Origin: Patescibacteria group bacterium
GTDB lineage: Bacteria; Patescibacteriota; Microgenomatia; UBA1400; PJMF01
DNA: 64,000 nucleotides
Reading direction: 5' to 3'
Assembly: GCA_045541795.1 (NCBI GenBank)
Contig: JAZQJV010000010.1
Location: forward strand, 8,333-72,332
Part shown: positions 45,901 through 56,060 of the stretch, piece by piece
How positions within the stretch are numbered: position 1 is the stretch's first letter
Layout: each line of letters begins with the position of its first letter
Position numbers and translations under genes: made by a program
Notes under the pieces: generated by a model
The model's database searches: none
What the model was told of the DNA's origin: nothing
What the model saw: only the letters and a program-made list of their open reading frames with translations

Positions 45901-47034
45901 ATGCTTTACTATATCAAAACCTACGGTTGTCAGGCAAATAAAGCTGAAAGCGAGCGACAAGCCGGCTTTTACGAATCCCAAGGTCACCAGGCTACCGATG
46001 ACTGGCACCAGGCCGATATTATTTACATCAATACTTGTTCTGTCCGTAAGGCTGCCGATGACCGCGTCTTCTCACTCCTCGATAGCATGCAAGCCTATTT
46101 TGGCGACATCTCCGCTGCCCGGCGTCCCCAGATCACCTTAGCTGGCTGTATGAACCGGTATCGCGACCGTTTGCGCGCCCGTTTCCCCATTCTGACCCAC
46201 ATCCAGTCAGTAGGGGAGACCAACTTTGCTTATCCCGCCAAGCGACAAGACAAAAATCAAGCATTTGTCCAAATTTCTTACGGCTGTAATTCTTTTTGTA
46301 CTTATTGCGTCGTCCCTTACGCCCGCGGTCGTGAGCAATCCCGGTCTTTTGCTGACGTCATGCGAGACGTCCACGAGGCGATAGATCAAGGTTATCACGA
46401 AATCACCCTTTTGGGCCAAAACGTCAACTCCTGGGGACTAGAAAAAGTCGCCATTGGTCAACGCAAAGAAGTTTTCCGCCAATCAGATCTGCCCGATAAC
46501 AGATCAGGTTACAGGCCATATGAAGGCTTACCGCCCTTTGTAGAACTTTTACGGGCCATCAGTGAGCTGCCCGCTGTCACCAAAATCCGTTTCCTCACTA
46601 GTAACCCCTGGGATTTTTACCCAGAACTCATCGATGAAGTCGGACGCAATAAGAAAATTGATCGTTACTTGCATTTACCTGTCCAATCAGGTTCTGACAG
46701 TGTCTTATCACGGATGAATCGCGGTTATACGGCTAGCGATTACCTAAATTTGCTCGGCAAACTCCGTGCCCTCGATCCCACGCTCCAGATCGGCACGGAT
46801 ATTATTGTGGGTTTTGCCGGTGAAACCGAGGCAGAATTCCAAGCCACACTAGATCTGGTCAACAAGGCCCAATTTATCGTTGCTTTTGTGGCCATGTATT
46901 CTGTCAGACCAGGCACGGTCGCAGCCAAAATCTACCCAGATACTGTCCCATACGAAGTCAAAAAGAGACGTTTTGAAATCTTAGATAAGATCATTAATAA
47001 GGATCAGCTGGCCACCCGGCCCACCATCGTTTGA
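45901..47034 (+). CDS. miaB: MiaB-like radical SAM tRNA methylthiotransferase (no TRAM domain)
   Basis: TYGCQAN, INTCSVR, GC, CNSFCTYC, LLGQNVNS, HLPVQSGSD, TDIIVGF.GET; adjacent to miaA. Confidence 0.85.
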   Translation: MLYYIKTYGCQANKAESERQAGFYESQGHQATDDWHQADIIYINTCSVRKAADDRVFSLLDSMQAYFGDISAARRPQITLAGCMNRYRDRLRARFPILTHIQSVGETNFAYPAKRQDKNQAFVQISYGCNSFCTYCVVPYARGREQSRSFADVMRDVHEAIDQGYHEITLLGQNVNSWGLEKVAIGQRKEVFRQSDLPDNRSGYRPYEGLPPFVELLRAISELPAVTKIRFLTSNPWDFYPELIDEVGRNKKIDRYLHLPVQSGSDSVLSRMNRGYTASDYLNLLGKLRALDPTLQIGTDIIVGFAGETEAEFQATLDLVNKAQFIVAFVAMYSVRPGTVAAKIYPDTVPYEVKKRRFEILDKIINKDQLATRPTIV

Positions 47035-47035
47035 T

Positions 47036-48028
47036 ATGTTCATGCTTAAGCCTGACCAACTACTTTCTATCGCTGGTCCTACTGGTACCGGCAAGACGGA
47101 TTTGGCTGCCACTCTCGCTTCCGCTTGGCTACAAGCGGGCAGGGGAGTGAGTGTTATTTCGCTGGATTCCCGCCAAGTCTACGCTGAATTTCCTCAGCTA
47201 AGCGTGGCCGATCTACCTATCTGGGAAAAACTACAAACAGCCTATCCATCCACCTTACACGTCTATAATCTCGCCACACTCCGCCTTCATGAAGACTGGT
47301 CTTTTGGTGTATTGCTCAATAGTGCCCGCGAGCAAGTCGGCTTGGCGAGGCGGCGCGCCGACCAGATTATCTTGGTGGGCGGCACTATTGTTTGTCACGA
47401 ACGCTTACTCCAAACCAGTGGTGATTTTACCAGCATCCCGCCAGATGACAACGTGCGCTTCGCGGCTGAAAACATGAGTGTGGAGGAGTTGCAGTCCTGG
47501 TTGGAGCGGCTAGACAACGACATGTACCAAAAAATGAACCAATCTGACGTTCACAATCCGCGCCGGCTCGTCCGTCATATCGAAATAGCACTAGCCACCA
47601 AGCTTCACCTCCCAGATCACTCCTTTCCCAGCCTTACACACATCACACAGCTGTGGTATCTGCCAGATGTTTCGCCGGAAAAACTACGTCCCCAAATATA
47701 CCAACGCGTACAAACAAGGTTTCATGACCCAGCCGTACGAGCCGAAGTCCGTCAAGTTTTAGCCGACTGGCCAGATATTCTTGATCAGCCCAAGATTTTA
47801 AACCGCACCCCACTGGGATTTACGCAGCTTGCGCTCCTAGAAAAAAACGAAATTGATGTGGCCACAGCACTCAAAGACTGGCAGCACGCCGAGTGGCAAT
47901 ATGCACGCCGACAGCTCACTTGGTGCCGCCGCCTAACCGCGGACCACCACCCCTACCTGATCAATCAACGGGAACTCTTGCCGGACAAAACGCCAGTAAG
48001 TCTCGGAAACATTAGTGGAGTAAACTGA
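47036..48028 (+). CDS. miaA: tRNA dimethylallyltransferase (divergent)
   Basis: GPTGTGKT, DSRQVY, VGGT, NPRRLVR..E, YARRQLTW. Confidence 0.82.
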   Translation: MFMLKPDQLLSIAGPTGTGKTDLAATLASAWLQAGRGVSVISLDSRQVYAEFPQLSVADLPIWEKLQTAYPSTLHVYNLATLRLHEDWSFGVLLNSAREQVGLARRRADQIILVGGTIVCHERLLQTSGDFTSIPPDDNVRFAAENMSVEELQSWLERLDNDMYQKMNQSDVHNPRRLVRHIEIALATKLHLPDHSFPSLTHITQLWYLPDVSPEKLRPQIYQRVQTRFHDPAVRAEVRQVLADWPDILDQPKILNRTPLGFTQLALLEKNEIDVATALKDWQHAEWQYARRQLTWCRRLTADHHPYLINQRELLPDKTPVSLGNISGVN

Positions 48029-48235
48029 GCGATTCGTCCGTTCCATCCCGCCGCAAAGCCGACGTTCATAAGCCCGCACTATACCCACAAAATCTCGGCC
48101 AATACGATTAAACTCTGCTCGATTAGCCTCAGCGTCCTCCTGGAATGCGGCGTGAATTTTACTAAATTCCTCATACAGCGGTTTTTGCTTTTCCTTAAGC
48201 ATCTCCCACATTTTTTGTGATTTCGATTTCGTCAT
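47933..48235 (-). CDS. Small hypothetical protein, overlaps the 3' end of miaA
   Basis: 100-aa ORF with SD-like AGGA and an upstream TATAAT; minus-strand codon bias. Confidence 0.7.
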   Translation of the reverse strand: MTKSKSQKMWEMLKEKQKPLYEEFSKIHAAFQEDAEANRAEFNRIGRDFVGIVRAYERRLCGGMERTNRSVYSTNVSETYWRFVRQEFPLIDQVGVVVRG

Positions 48236-48397
48236 AATTTCCTATTCTTCTTCAACTTTTTTACTTTAGTCTGGAGCGCATTTCGAGTATAAAAAAATAG
48301 CTCGCTATCCCGCGCTCATTTTTGTCATTATATCATACCTCCAGGCAGTGTCAAGAGGTAAAAAGACATCAAACAATATCAAAACGAGAAATTGAGA

Positions 48398-49141
48398 CTA
48401 ATTTTGGAACTTCACGGCATTACGCACCGCGATGTCACGAGAAAATTTTTCCGTAAATCCAGTTTCCTTAGAATTAAGCGAGCGACGCGCATAAGAAATA
48501 TCAAAACTGACGTTCACCGAATAACCATTAAGAAATGTGGGATCGTAAGTACATTTTACAGCAAAATTATTCACATTAAACCGTGCAGCGCCCGTAGAAC
48601 CTGGATTGGAGCGAGTAAGATTATACGTGCCGGCTTGATTTTTCAGCGCATTATTATTGGCAGAATGTGTAGTCCCCGTGGGATAGGTACTTACTTCATA
48701 CAACTGATTACCATCGCTAAAAACCCGCATCCGGTGCAAATAGTCGTTAGATAAATTTTCACCACGAAGATTAAATTTTATCGTGCCGCAGCCGCTACTC
48801 GTATGTCCTCCAGAATAAGCATCTTTAAACTCTGTCCAGTTGGCGGGGGTACTGCTCAAATTGCAAACGTCGCTACCGCTTGTACCCAATCGTCCGCAAA
48901 TATCCGGCAGCGTGATACTATTTCTCACTAGATACTCTATCCGATCAAGAGCATACTCACCTTCCTCCCGCATCCGGATACGCGCTTCCGTGCGAAATTT
49001 AAGTTGTAAAAAATTCCCCAAAAAGCCCATCATACTCGCACCCAATATCCCCATCACCGCCACCGCTACCAAAAGCTCCACCAGCGTGAAACCACCCTGG
49101 CGATCTGCAAAAACTCGTGAGGAAAAACTGCGCGTTTGCAT
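48398..49141 (-). CDS. Minor pilin/pseudopilin (PulJ/PilW-like)
   Basis: Class III signal G|FTLVELLVAV. Confidence 0.88.
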   Translation of the reverse strand: MQTRSFSSRVFADRQGGFTLVELLVAVAVMGILGASMMGFLGNFLQLKFRTEARIRMREEGEYALDRIEYLVRNSITLPDICGRLGTSGSDVCNLSSTPANWTEFKDAYSGGHTSSGCGTIKFNLRGENLSNDYLHRMRVFSDGNQLYEVSTYPTGTTHSANNNALKNQAGTYNLTRSNPGSTGAARFNVNNFAVKCTYDPTFLNGYSVNVSFDISYARRSLNSKETGFTEKFSRDIAVRNAVKFQN

Positions 49142-49159
49142 CGTTACCTACCGTAGAAA

Positions 49160-49597
49160 TTACGGACCTTTTTTACAGAAAAACTTCGCAGAATCAGTCG
49201 GACCACTGCTACCCCAATTATCCTTTGAATTGGCGTTCGCAGTTAATTCCACATTTGCACACACCACATAAGTATTAGCGCCCGAAGTCGTGCTTGTCAG
49301 GTGGTAATAATAATCATAACCGCTAACCGTATCAGTTGGCCATTCATTGAGCAATTTATCTCCCGAAGTCAAGGTTGTTTTGACACTAGCTTCAGCCGGC
49401 AGATTCCCATTATTTTCCGCCCAGTAAATATCCAAAGCACTGGCAATATCGTCCACATTTGATTTACGCCGCGCATCCCGCGCATTTTTGAGCGCCCGCA
49501 CGTATGACGTCGTCCCCAAAGTCCCTAAAATACCAATAATTGCCACCACCACTAGCAACTCAATTAAAGTGAATGCCGCTAAAGTTTTTTTTGTCAT
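49160..49597 (-). CDS. Type IV pilin (GspG-like)
   Basis: A|FTLIELLVVVAIIGIL...ARDARRKS; C-terminal Cys pair. Confidence 0.92.
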   Translation of the reverse strand: MTKKTLAAFTLIELLVVVAIIGILGTLGTTSYVRALKNARDARRKSNVDDIASALDIYWAENNGNLPAEASVKTTLTSGDKLLNEWPTDTVSGYDYYYHLTSTTSGANTYVVCANVELTANANSKDNWGSSGPTDSAKFFCKKGP

Positions 49598-49636
49598 GTT
49601 TTCTTTTCTATTTACCTTCATTTTTTATCATTTGTC

Positions 49637-50080
49637 TTACGGATTTGTCAAGCAGTAATAAGTGCCCTTAGCTGCCGAAGTAAAAGTGCAATTACTGGTA
49701 TTATACGCGGACGCATTACCTTGATTATTTTCCATTTTTGCACAAATCACAAATTTCTTATTCGAACTGCATGTGACGTAATACTTATACACGTAATCGC
49801 CAGTATTGAGCGGATCAACTGGAGTAGTCGCCAAATAATTACTGCCTACATTCTTCCAATTTTGCGTCGCGCTTCCAGCTGAAGCTGGATAATTTGTATT
49901 CTCATACCGATACATCACCAACGCCTGCTGGATATTAGCAATATCCGACTTACGCCGGCCGTCACGGCCGTTTTTGAGCGCCCGCACGTAACTCGTCACG
50001 CCCGCCGCCGTCAACACGCCGATAATTGTCACCGTCACCAAAATTTCTATAAGTGTAAATGCTTTTTTCCTGCCTTGCAT
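49637..50080 (-). CDS. Type IV pilin (GspG-like)
   Basis: A|FTLIEILVTV...RDGRRKSD...ALVMY...YP...P.DP. Confidence 0.92.
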   Translation of the reverse strand: MQGRKKAFTLIEILVTVTIIGVLTAAGVTSYVRALKNGRDGRRKSDIANIQQALVMYRYENTNYPASAGSATQNWKNVGSNYLATTPVDPLNTGDYVYKYYVTCSSNKKFVICAKMENNQGNASAYNTSNCTFTSAAKGTYYCLTNP

Positions 50081-50125
50081 GTGTACATAGTAACACATTT
50101 TCACTCACTCGTCAATGGGTAAATT

Positions 50126-51022
50126 TCACCCACCCATCACTAGTCGCCACAAATCCTCACCCACAAAATAACTCACCAAAAAAGCACTCACGATAAACGG
50201 CAAAAATGCCACCGTCAATTTGTCTGTCGGCAGCCGGGCCAGTTTCAAAAAAACCAACACCAAGACACTCACCACCGCCCCGATCCAAAAAGCCAACAAA
50301 AACATCACGACCACTTGCACGGGTGAGAGCCACCACGCCAAAATCATCACCAATACCGTGTCACCCAGGCCGATCCCTGCCTTGCCCAGAAAACGGCGTG
50401 AAAGCCGATCTATCAGCCAAAAAGCGCCGCCTACAGCCAGGCAGCCTGCCAGACTGACCCCAAAATCACTCACCGTCAAACTACCATAACCCAAGCACGA
50501 CCCCCAGCGCGCTAGCGTCAAACCGACCACCGTCCACAACCAACCGTTAGCAATTGACTGGCGCTGGACATCCACCAGCGCTACCCACAAAAGTACTGCC
50601 CCCAGCAGCAGCATCAAAATCGCCTCCAGGAGCGCTAACCATTGCCCAGCCACACTCCCATATTGCGGCAACACTGCCAGATTAGTCACGTCCGCATACT
50701 CCGCCATTGGGCACACCCGCCACCACCAAAAAACCGCCCACGCCGCCAGCAGACATTCCCAGGCAAAATATATCCCGGGTATCCGTGCGCGACAATAATG
50801 GCACCGCCCTCGCAAAAAAAGATAAGAAAGGAGGGGAATATTTTGCCACCAGGCGATCTGATGACCACAAGTATCACACTCACTCCGGCCTTTTACCCAG
50901 CCACGCCCATGCTCGCGTCGGTAAGCAACCAACGCCCAAAAACTCGCGAAGATCGCACCAAAAGCGGCCACCACCACACTTTGCCCCAAATTTACCAGCT
51001 GCAAAAAAGTCATTCCTGTCAT
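50126..51022 (-). CDS. pilD: Prepilin peptidase
   Basis: RSECDTC...NIPLLSYL.LRGRCHYC; VDV; GLGD; AFLPF. Confidence 0.92.
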   Translation of the reverse strand: MTGMTFLQLVNLGQSVVVAAFGAIFASFWALVAYRREHGRGWVKGRSECDTCGHQIAWWQNIPLLSYLFLRGRCHYCRARIPGIYFAWECLLAAWAVFWWWRVCPMAEYADVTNLAVLPQYGSVAGQWLALLEAILMLLLGAVLLWVALVDVQRQSIANGWLWTVVGLTLARWGSCLGYGSLTVSDFGVSLAGCLAVGGAFWLIDRLSRRFLGKAGIGLGDTVLVMILAWWLSPVQVVVMFLLAFWIGAVVSVLVLVFLKLARLPTDKLTVAFLPFIVSAFLVSYFVGEDLWRLVMGG

Positions 51023-51205
51023 GCGGGTATTTTACCACTGTTTTACGCCCTCGGGAGGGCAAATTTTAGCCGGTTTTACTTGCAATATTATAGGACTTTG
51101 ACCCATTTTCGCCCCAATTTTCCAGGCAGAAATATAGCAAATTATCCTATAATATATTTTTACGTATCAATTTAGCCTGGAGTATCCAAAATATTATAGG
51201 ATTTA

Positions 51206-52414
51206 CTAGACCGAAATTGAATCCGTGAGCTGGTAGATCGGCAAGATGATCGCGATCACCAAGAAGGCCACCACCAAACCCAAAATCACCATCAGGATTG
51301 GCTCAAAGGCCGCCATCAAACCGTCAATTGCCGTAGAAGCTTCATTGTGGAAGTACTTGGAAAGCTTAGCTAAAATCTCATCGAGTTTACCGGTTTCTTC
51401 ACCCACCTTGATCATCTGAGACATGATCATCGGGAATTCATCATAGCCTTCAATGGCTGTCCCAAAAGAAATACCTTTTTCCACCTTTTCTTGGATCTCC
51501 TTGAAATTATCCCGCAAAATAATACTGTTGACAGATTCTGAGGCCAGATCAAGACTTTCCACTAACGGCACACCGGAACGGACCAGCATTGCTAGCGTCT
51601 GAGTGTAATTTGTCAGCGTCACTTTTCGCGATAAATCACCATAAATCGGCACTTTACCCAAGAAGCGATCTACGATCCGTTTGGCATCGGGATTTTGATA
51701 CCACACCCAAAAAACTGCGACCACCACACCGATAATCGTGAGCATCAGCCACCAGTAATCAGTGAAAAATTTGGAAATCCACATCAAAATCCGCGTCGGC
51801 AGCGGTAATTCCGCACCAAATTCTTCAAACACCTCGATTAATTTGGGGATCACCACGGTCATCATCACGATGACCACGCCCACCATCACCACCAAGACCA
51901 CCGCCGGATAAATCAAAGCGCCCAGTACCTTAGAGCGGAATTCATCTTGGTTTTCCATCGTGTCTGCTAAGCGATTGAGCACAATATCCAGCGAACCGGA
52001 AGACTCACCTGCTTGCACCAAATAGATGTACGACTTATCAAAAGCCTTGGGATGTTTTTCTAGCGCTTGAGCAAAACTTTTGCCCGACTCCAAGTCATGC
52101 AAAATTTCTTCCAAAACGATCCGCACATCAGGAGTAGACTGTTGGATGAGGATACTGATACCAGTCGTGAGCGTGAGACCAGACTCCACAATCGCCGCCA
52201 ACTGCTTGGTGAAGATCACCACGTCGTCAAACTTCATCTGACCCTTGTGGCCGCCCACTTTGAGAACATTACCCTCCACTACTGGCTCGATGCTGATGAT
52301 AAAAAGCCCTTTTTGCTGCAAAGTCTCAGCAGCGCGAGTGATGTTGACCGCTTCCACTTTACCTTTTTGGACTTTACCTGATTGAGTTTTGACACGATAA
52401 TCAAAAAATGGCAT
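51206..52414 (-). CDS. pilC: Type IV pilus platform protein PilC (GspF family)
   Basis: AGESSGSLD, ALIYP, VGEETGKLD, EPILM, PIYQL. Confidence 0.95.
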   Translation of the reverse strand: MPFFDYRVKTQSGKVQKGKVEAVNITRAAETLQQKGLFIISIEPVVEGNVLKVGGHKGQMKFDDVVIFTKQLAAIVESGLTLTTGISILIQQSTPDVRIVLEEILHDLESGKSFAQALEKHPKAFDKSYIYLVQAGESSGSLDIVLNRLADTMENQDEFRSKVLGALIYPAVVLVVMVGVVIVMMTVVIPKLIEVFEEFGAELPLPTRILMWISKFFTDYWWLMLTIIGVVVAVFWVWYQNPDAKRIVDRFLGKVPIYGDLSRKVTLTNYTQTLAMLVRSGVPLVESLDLASESVNSIILRDNFKEIQEKVEKGISFGTAIEGYDEFPMIMSQMIKVGEETGKLDEILAKLSKYFHNEASTAIDGLMAAFEPILMVILGLVVAFLVIAIILPIYQLTDSISV

Positions 52415-52415
52415 T

Positions 52416-53480
52416 TTAAGCTCCTCCCAACATTCTGCTCATCTGTCCTGGCCGGAAAGCAGTCCTGAGAGCATCTTCTCTGGTGATAATATTGCGACTA
52501 ACCAGATCATACAGCGAGGTCTCAATAAGCATATTACCTTCAGCCGCCGTGGTCTGTAAAATGTTATCAATCTGGAAAGTCTTCGCCTCACGGATCAGGT
52601 TGCGGATACCGCTATTGACAGACATCACCTCAAAAGCTGCCACCCGTCCGCCACCAATACGTTTGAGCAGACGCTGTGACACTACCGCTTCCAGCGACGC
52701 CGCCACCTGCTGGCGGATCTGTTCTTGCTGAGCACCCGGGAACGTGTCAATAATACGGTCAATCGTCTGCCCGGCGGTAGCCGTGTGCAAAGTAGCGAGC
52801 ACTAAGTGACCAGTTTCGGCCACCGTGATCGCCATCGCCATCGTCTCATAGTCACGCATTTCGCCCACCAGTACCACATTTGGATCTTGCCGGAGCGCGG
52901 ATTTAAGTGCCACTGCCCAGCTTTGAGTATCTTGATTTAGCTCACGCTGGGAAATAATACTTTGTTTGGGCTCGTAAATAAACTCGATCGGATCTTCAAT
53001 GGTCAAAATGTGTTCATTACGAGTAGAATTAATCCGATCAATCAAAGCAGCCAGTGACGTGGATTTACCTTCGCCCGTCGGGCCGGTTACCAGCACCAAG
53101 CCTTGTTTTTTTGTCGCCAGCATCTGGAAAATGGGTGGCAAATTCAGTTCTTCGATCGTCAAAATCTTCGACGGAATCAAACGCAATGCCGCCGCTTTTT
53201 TACCTTTAGCCATGTACACGTTGACACGGAAACGACCTTTATCCTCATGCTGATAAGCAAAATCCCATTCATTTCTTTCTTTAAACATTTTAATTTGTTG
53301 CTCATTCATCAGCGGATCGATCAAAATATCCAATTCTTGTGCCCCCAGCGCCGGTACACCGGGCACTGCCACCAAATCACCGTCCACCCGCAAAATCGGA
53401 GGCACTCCCGCGATCAAGTGGATGTCTGATCCGCGCTGTTCTACAAGCATGTCTAAGATATTAAATATATTCATAGTCAC
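52416..53480 (-). CDS. pilT: Pilus retraction ATPase PilT
   Basis: SDIHL, GPTGEGKST, TIEDPIE, ALRQDP..VGEMRD, AETGHLV.ATLHT. Confidence 0.96.
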   Translation of the reverse strand: MTMNIFNILDMLVEQRGSDIHLIAGVPPILRVDGDLVAVPGVPALGAQELDILIDPLMNEQQIKMFKERNEWDFAYQHEDKGRFRVNVYMAKGKKAAALRLIPSKILTIEELNLPPIFQMLATKKQGLVLVTGPTGEGKSTSLAALIDRINSTRNEHILTIEDPIEFIYEPKQSIISQRELNQDTQSWAVALKSALRQDPNVVLVGEMRDYETMAMAITVAETGHLVLATLHTATAGQTIDRIIDTFPGAQQEQIRQQVAASLEAVVSQRLLKRIGGGRVAAFEVMSVNSGIRNLIREAKTFQIDNILQTTAAEGNMLIETSLYDLVSRNIITREDALRTAFRPGQMSRMLGGA

Positions 53481-53510
53481 TTACCAGTCTATCAAGTTTC
53501 CTCACGTTTG

Positions 53511-55253
53511 TCAAGTCTCAGCCACACGCAAAACTTCTTCTATCGTCGTGATTCCTTCCAAAGCTTTGATAAATCCATCCTGTTTCATCAATAACATCCC
53601 CTGATCAAGGGCGACCTTTTCCAGTTCTACGGCCGGACGATTTTGCACGATCAGCGATTGAATTTCTGGGCTGATCGCCATCACTTCAAAAATAGCGATC
53701 CGTCCTTTAAAACCTTCTTCCTTTTCTTTCAGATCCTGACGCGGCCGCTTGAGCATCAGCTGATCCACCGTGATCCCTTTTTGCTGTAGCCAAGCGTCAA
53801 AATGACGACCCAAAACTTTTTGCAGCTGCGCTATTTCTTCGGGTGACGGTTTGTAGGACTCCGCATATTCGGGATTGAGCCGGCGAGTGACACGCTGAGC
53901 CATCACCAGCGTCACTGATGAAGACAGCAAAAACGGTTCGATACCCATATCCGTGAGCCGCGGCAAAGCGCCAGCGGCAGAATTTGTATGCAGTGTAGAA
54001 AACACTTTGTGACCAGTGAGTGATGCTTGCACCGCCAAGCCAGCCGTCTCCTGATCGCGGATTTCACCAACCATGATAATGTCTGGATCCTGACGTAAAA
54101 ACGCACGAAGTGCCATTGCAAAAGTCAGGCCCGCCTGATTGTTTACCTGTACCTGGCTGATACCCGCCATTTCGTATTCCACCGGATCTTCCACCGTGAG
54201 ACAATTGACGCCGACTGTATTGACAATGTGCAAAGCAGAGTAGAGAGTAGTCGTTTTACCAGAACCAGTCGGCCCCGTCACCAAAATAATTCCCTGTGGT
54301 ACTTTGAGTGCTTGGTTAAAATTTTTCAAAGCCAAGCCAGACATACCCAGCTCTTCCATCGTGGGCGTGCGCTCTTGCTTACGCAAAAGCCGGATCACAA
54401 TTTTTTCGCCCATCACCGTGGGCAGGGTAGAAATACGCAAATCCACATCACCCTTATCCGAACTAAAACCAAAACGTCCATCCTGCGGCACCCGTTTTTC
54501 GTCAATTTTTAGCCGAGATAAAATCTTAATCCTTGACACGAGTGAGTCCAGTACATTACGCGGCAAAATCAGCTTTTCTACCAAAATACCATCTATCCGA
54601 TAGCGCACCCGGATACGGTTGGCTTGCGGTTCGATGTGAATATCCGAAGCGCCTGATCCCACGGCAAAACCCAAAATCTGCTCCACAATTTTGGCAATTG
54701 GAGCCTGACGAATAATACCTTCACTCGAAAGTTCCGAAAAATTTTGTACGGATGCGGCTTTCACCACGTTGTCAGTTTCAGCCAAAGCTTCATTCACCTC
54801 TTCAGAGAGATTATTATTGTAAGCCTCCTCCATCATCGACATGATGTCAGTTTTATTGGCGTAGTGAGGTACGATCCGTTTCCCAGTTTTTTGTGTCATG
54901 AATTGGATGGCCGCAATATCCAAAGGATTGACCATTGCCACCATCAAAGTATTATTGATCTGATCAATAGCAAAAGGAAACATCATGTAACGACGTGCCA
55001 GTTCCAGGTCAAAAGCAGCCAGCGCTTCCGGCGCCGCACCTACTTCACGAAGACGCACGATCGGTATATTATTCATCGCCGAGAGCGCCGACGTGATATC
55101 GGATTCACTCACGAGTCCCGAAGCCGCCACCATATCTTCTAGTGACTGTCCACTGCTGCGTAGCTGCTGGATTTGTAAATTTGAGTACTGATTTTGATCA
55201 ATTTTGCCGGCCTCCAACAAAAAATCTAAAATATTCTTGTTCTCTTTTAGCAT
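53511..55253 (-). CDS. pilB: Pilus assembly ATPase PilB (GspE family)
   Basis: ASDIHIEP, PQDGR, GPTGSGKTT, LRQDPDIIMVGEIRD, TGH..STLHTN. Confidence 0.96.
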   Translation of the reverse strand: MLKENKNILDFLLEAGKIDQNQYSNLQIQQLRSSGQSLEDMVAASGLVSESDITSALSAMNNIPIVRLREVGAAPEALAAFDLELARRYMMFPFAIDQINNTLMVAMVNPLDIAAIQFMTQKTGKRIVPHYANKTDIMSMMEEAYNNNLSEEVNEALAETDNVVKAASVQNFSELSSEGIIRQAPIAKIVEQILGFAVGSGASDIHIEPQANRIRVRYRIDGILVEKLILPRNVLDSLVSRIKILSRLKIDEKRVPQDGRFGFSSDKGDVDLRISTLPTVMGEKIVIRLLRKQERTPTMEELGMSGLALKNFNQALKVPQGIILVTGPTGSGKTTTLYSALHIVNTVGVNCLTVEDPVEYEMAGISQVQVNNQAGLTFAMALRAFLRQDPDIIMVGEIRDQETAGLAVQASLTGHKVFSTLHTNSAAGALPRLTDMGIEPFLLSSSVTLVMAQRVTRRLNPEYAESYKPSPEEIAQLQKVLGRHFDAWLQQKGITVDQLMLKRPRQDLKEKEEGFKGRIAIFEVMAISPEIQSLIVQNRPAVELEKVALDQGMLLMKQDGFIKALEGITTIEEVLRVAET

Positions 55254-55300
55254 TTTTTCATTATATAATAAAAGAAATTCAAACGCAAGAGGACGAAACT

Positions 55301-56050
55301 ATGCAAAGTACCTTATTCATTACCAAAAACCACGCCACGGATGAAAATTCCTGGAGACAATATTTAAGCGACAAATTATCACTCGATCAGCACAACATCA
55401 GCCCTGCCGCCTGGAATTTTGTCAATTTCCCGGGCAAACTCTACATTGATGATGTCCGCGCCCTCCAAGAGCACCTCGCTCAAGCCGGCCACGCTGCGCG
55501 GGTCTTTGTGCTTACCGATATGCAAGATACATCAAGCGTTGTCCAAAACTCACTCCTCAAAATCCTAGAAGAGCCACCGGCGGGCGTGTTCTTCATCCTT
55601 ACAACTACCAGCCGGGGGACGATTATAGACACTATCTGCTCGCGCTGCCAGATCGTGCATGACACGGGCTTACCACCAGCCGATCTCGATCTTTTCCCGT
55701 CACTTGAAGACCTACAATTTTCCACGTGGCCGAGCTTAGACGCGTCCGCACTGGCTTACATTATCACGGAAAATTTCAGCAAAAACCAAACCGCGCTCAA
55801 GAAAAAAGCCCCAGATTATTCCATGACGGCCATTAGCATCTTAGCTTTTGAAGCCTACACTCAGCAAATTTTAGCCGATTTACCAGGAAAAAATGACATC
55901 AATTACCAAGTACGCCTCTTACGCGCGTTTACCGCCGCCATCACTCTCCTGAGCGCCAATGTCAGCCCCAAAAACGTCTACTATGCCACCGCCATCAGCA
56001 TCTGTGAGCCAGAAATACCGGCTCCGCTTCCAGCGCGGATAGATAAATAA
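55301..56050 (+). CDS. holB: DNA polymerase III delta-prime-like clamp loader subunit (short)
   Basis: IDDVR.L; QNSLLKILEEPP; TICSRC. SD GAGGA before ATG 55301. Confidence 0.75.
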   Translation: MQSTLFITKNHATDENSWRQYLSDKLSLDQHNISPAAWNFVNFPGKLYIDDVRALQEHLAQAGHAARVFVLTDMQDTSSVVQNSLLKILEEPPAGVFFILTTTSRGTIIDTICSRCQIVHDTGLPPADLDLFPSLEDLQFSTWPSLDASALAYIITENFSKNQTALKKKAPDYSMTAISILAFEAYTQQILADLPGKNDINYQVRLLRAFTAAITLLSANVSPKNVYYATAISICEPEIPAPLPARIDK

Positions 56051-56060
56051 AACTTGAGCT

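Noticed and set aside
49160-50080. Ala instead of Gly at the -1 position of two pilins, and a short DNA match between them
   Set aside because: A|F cleavage sites are tolerated variants, and the match encodes the shared YVRALKN motif of tandem paralogs.
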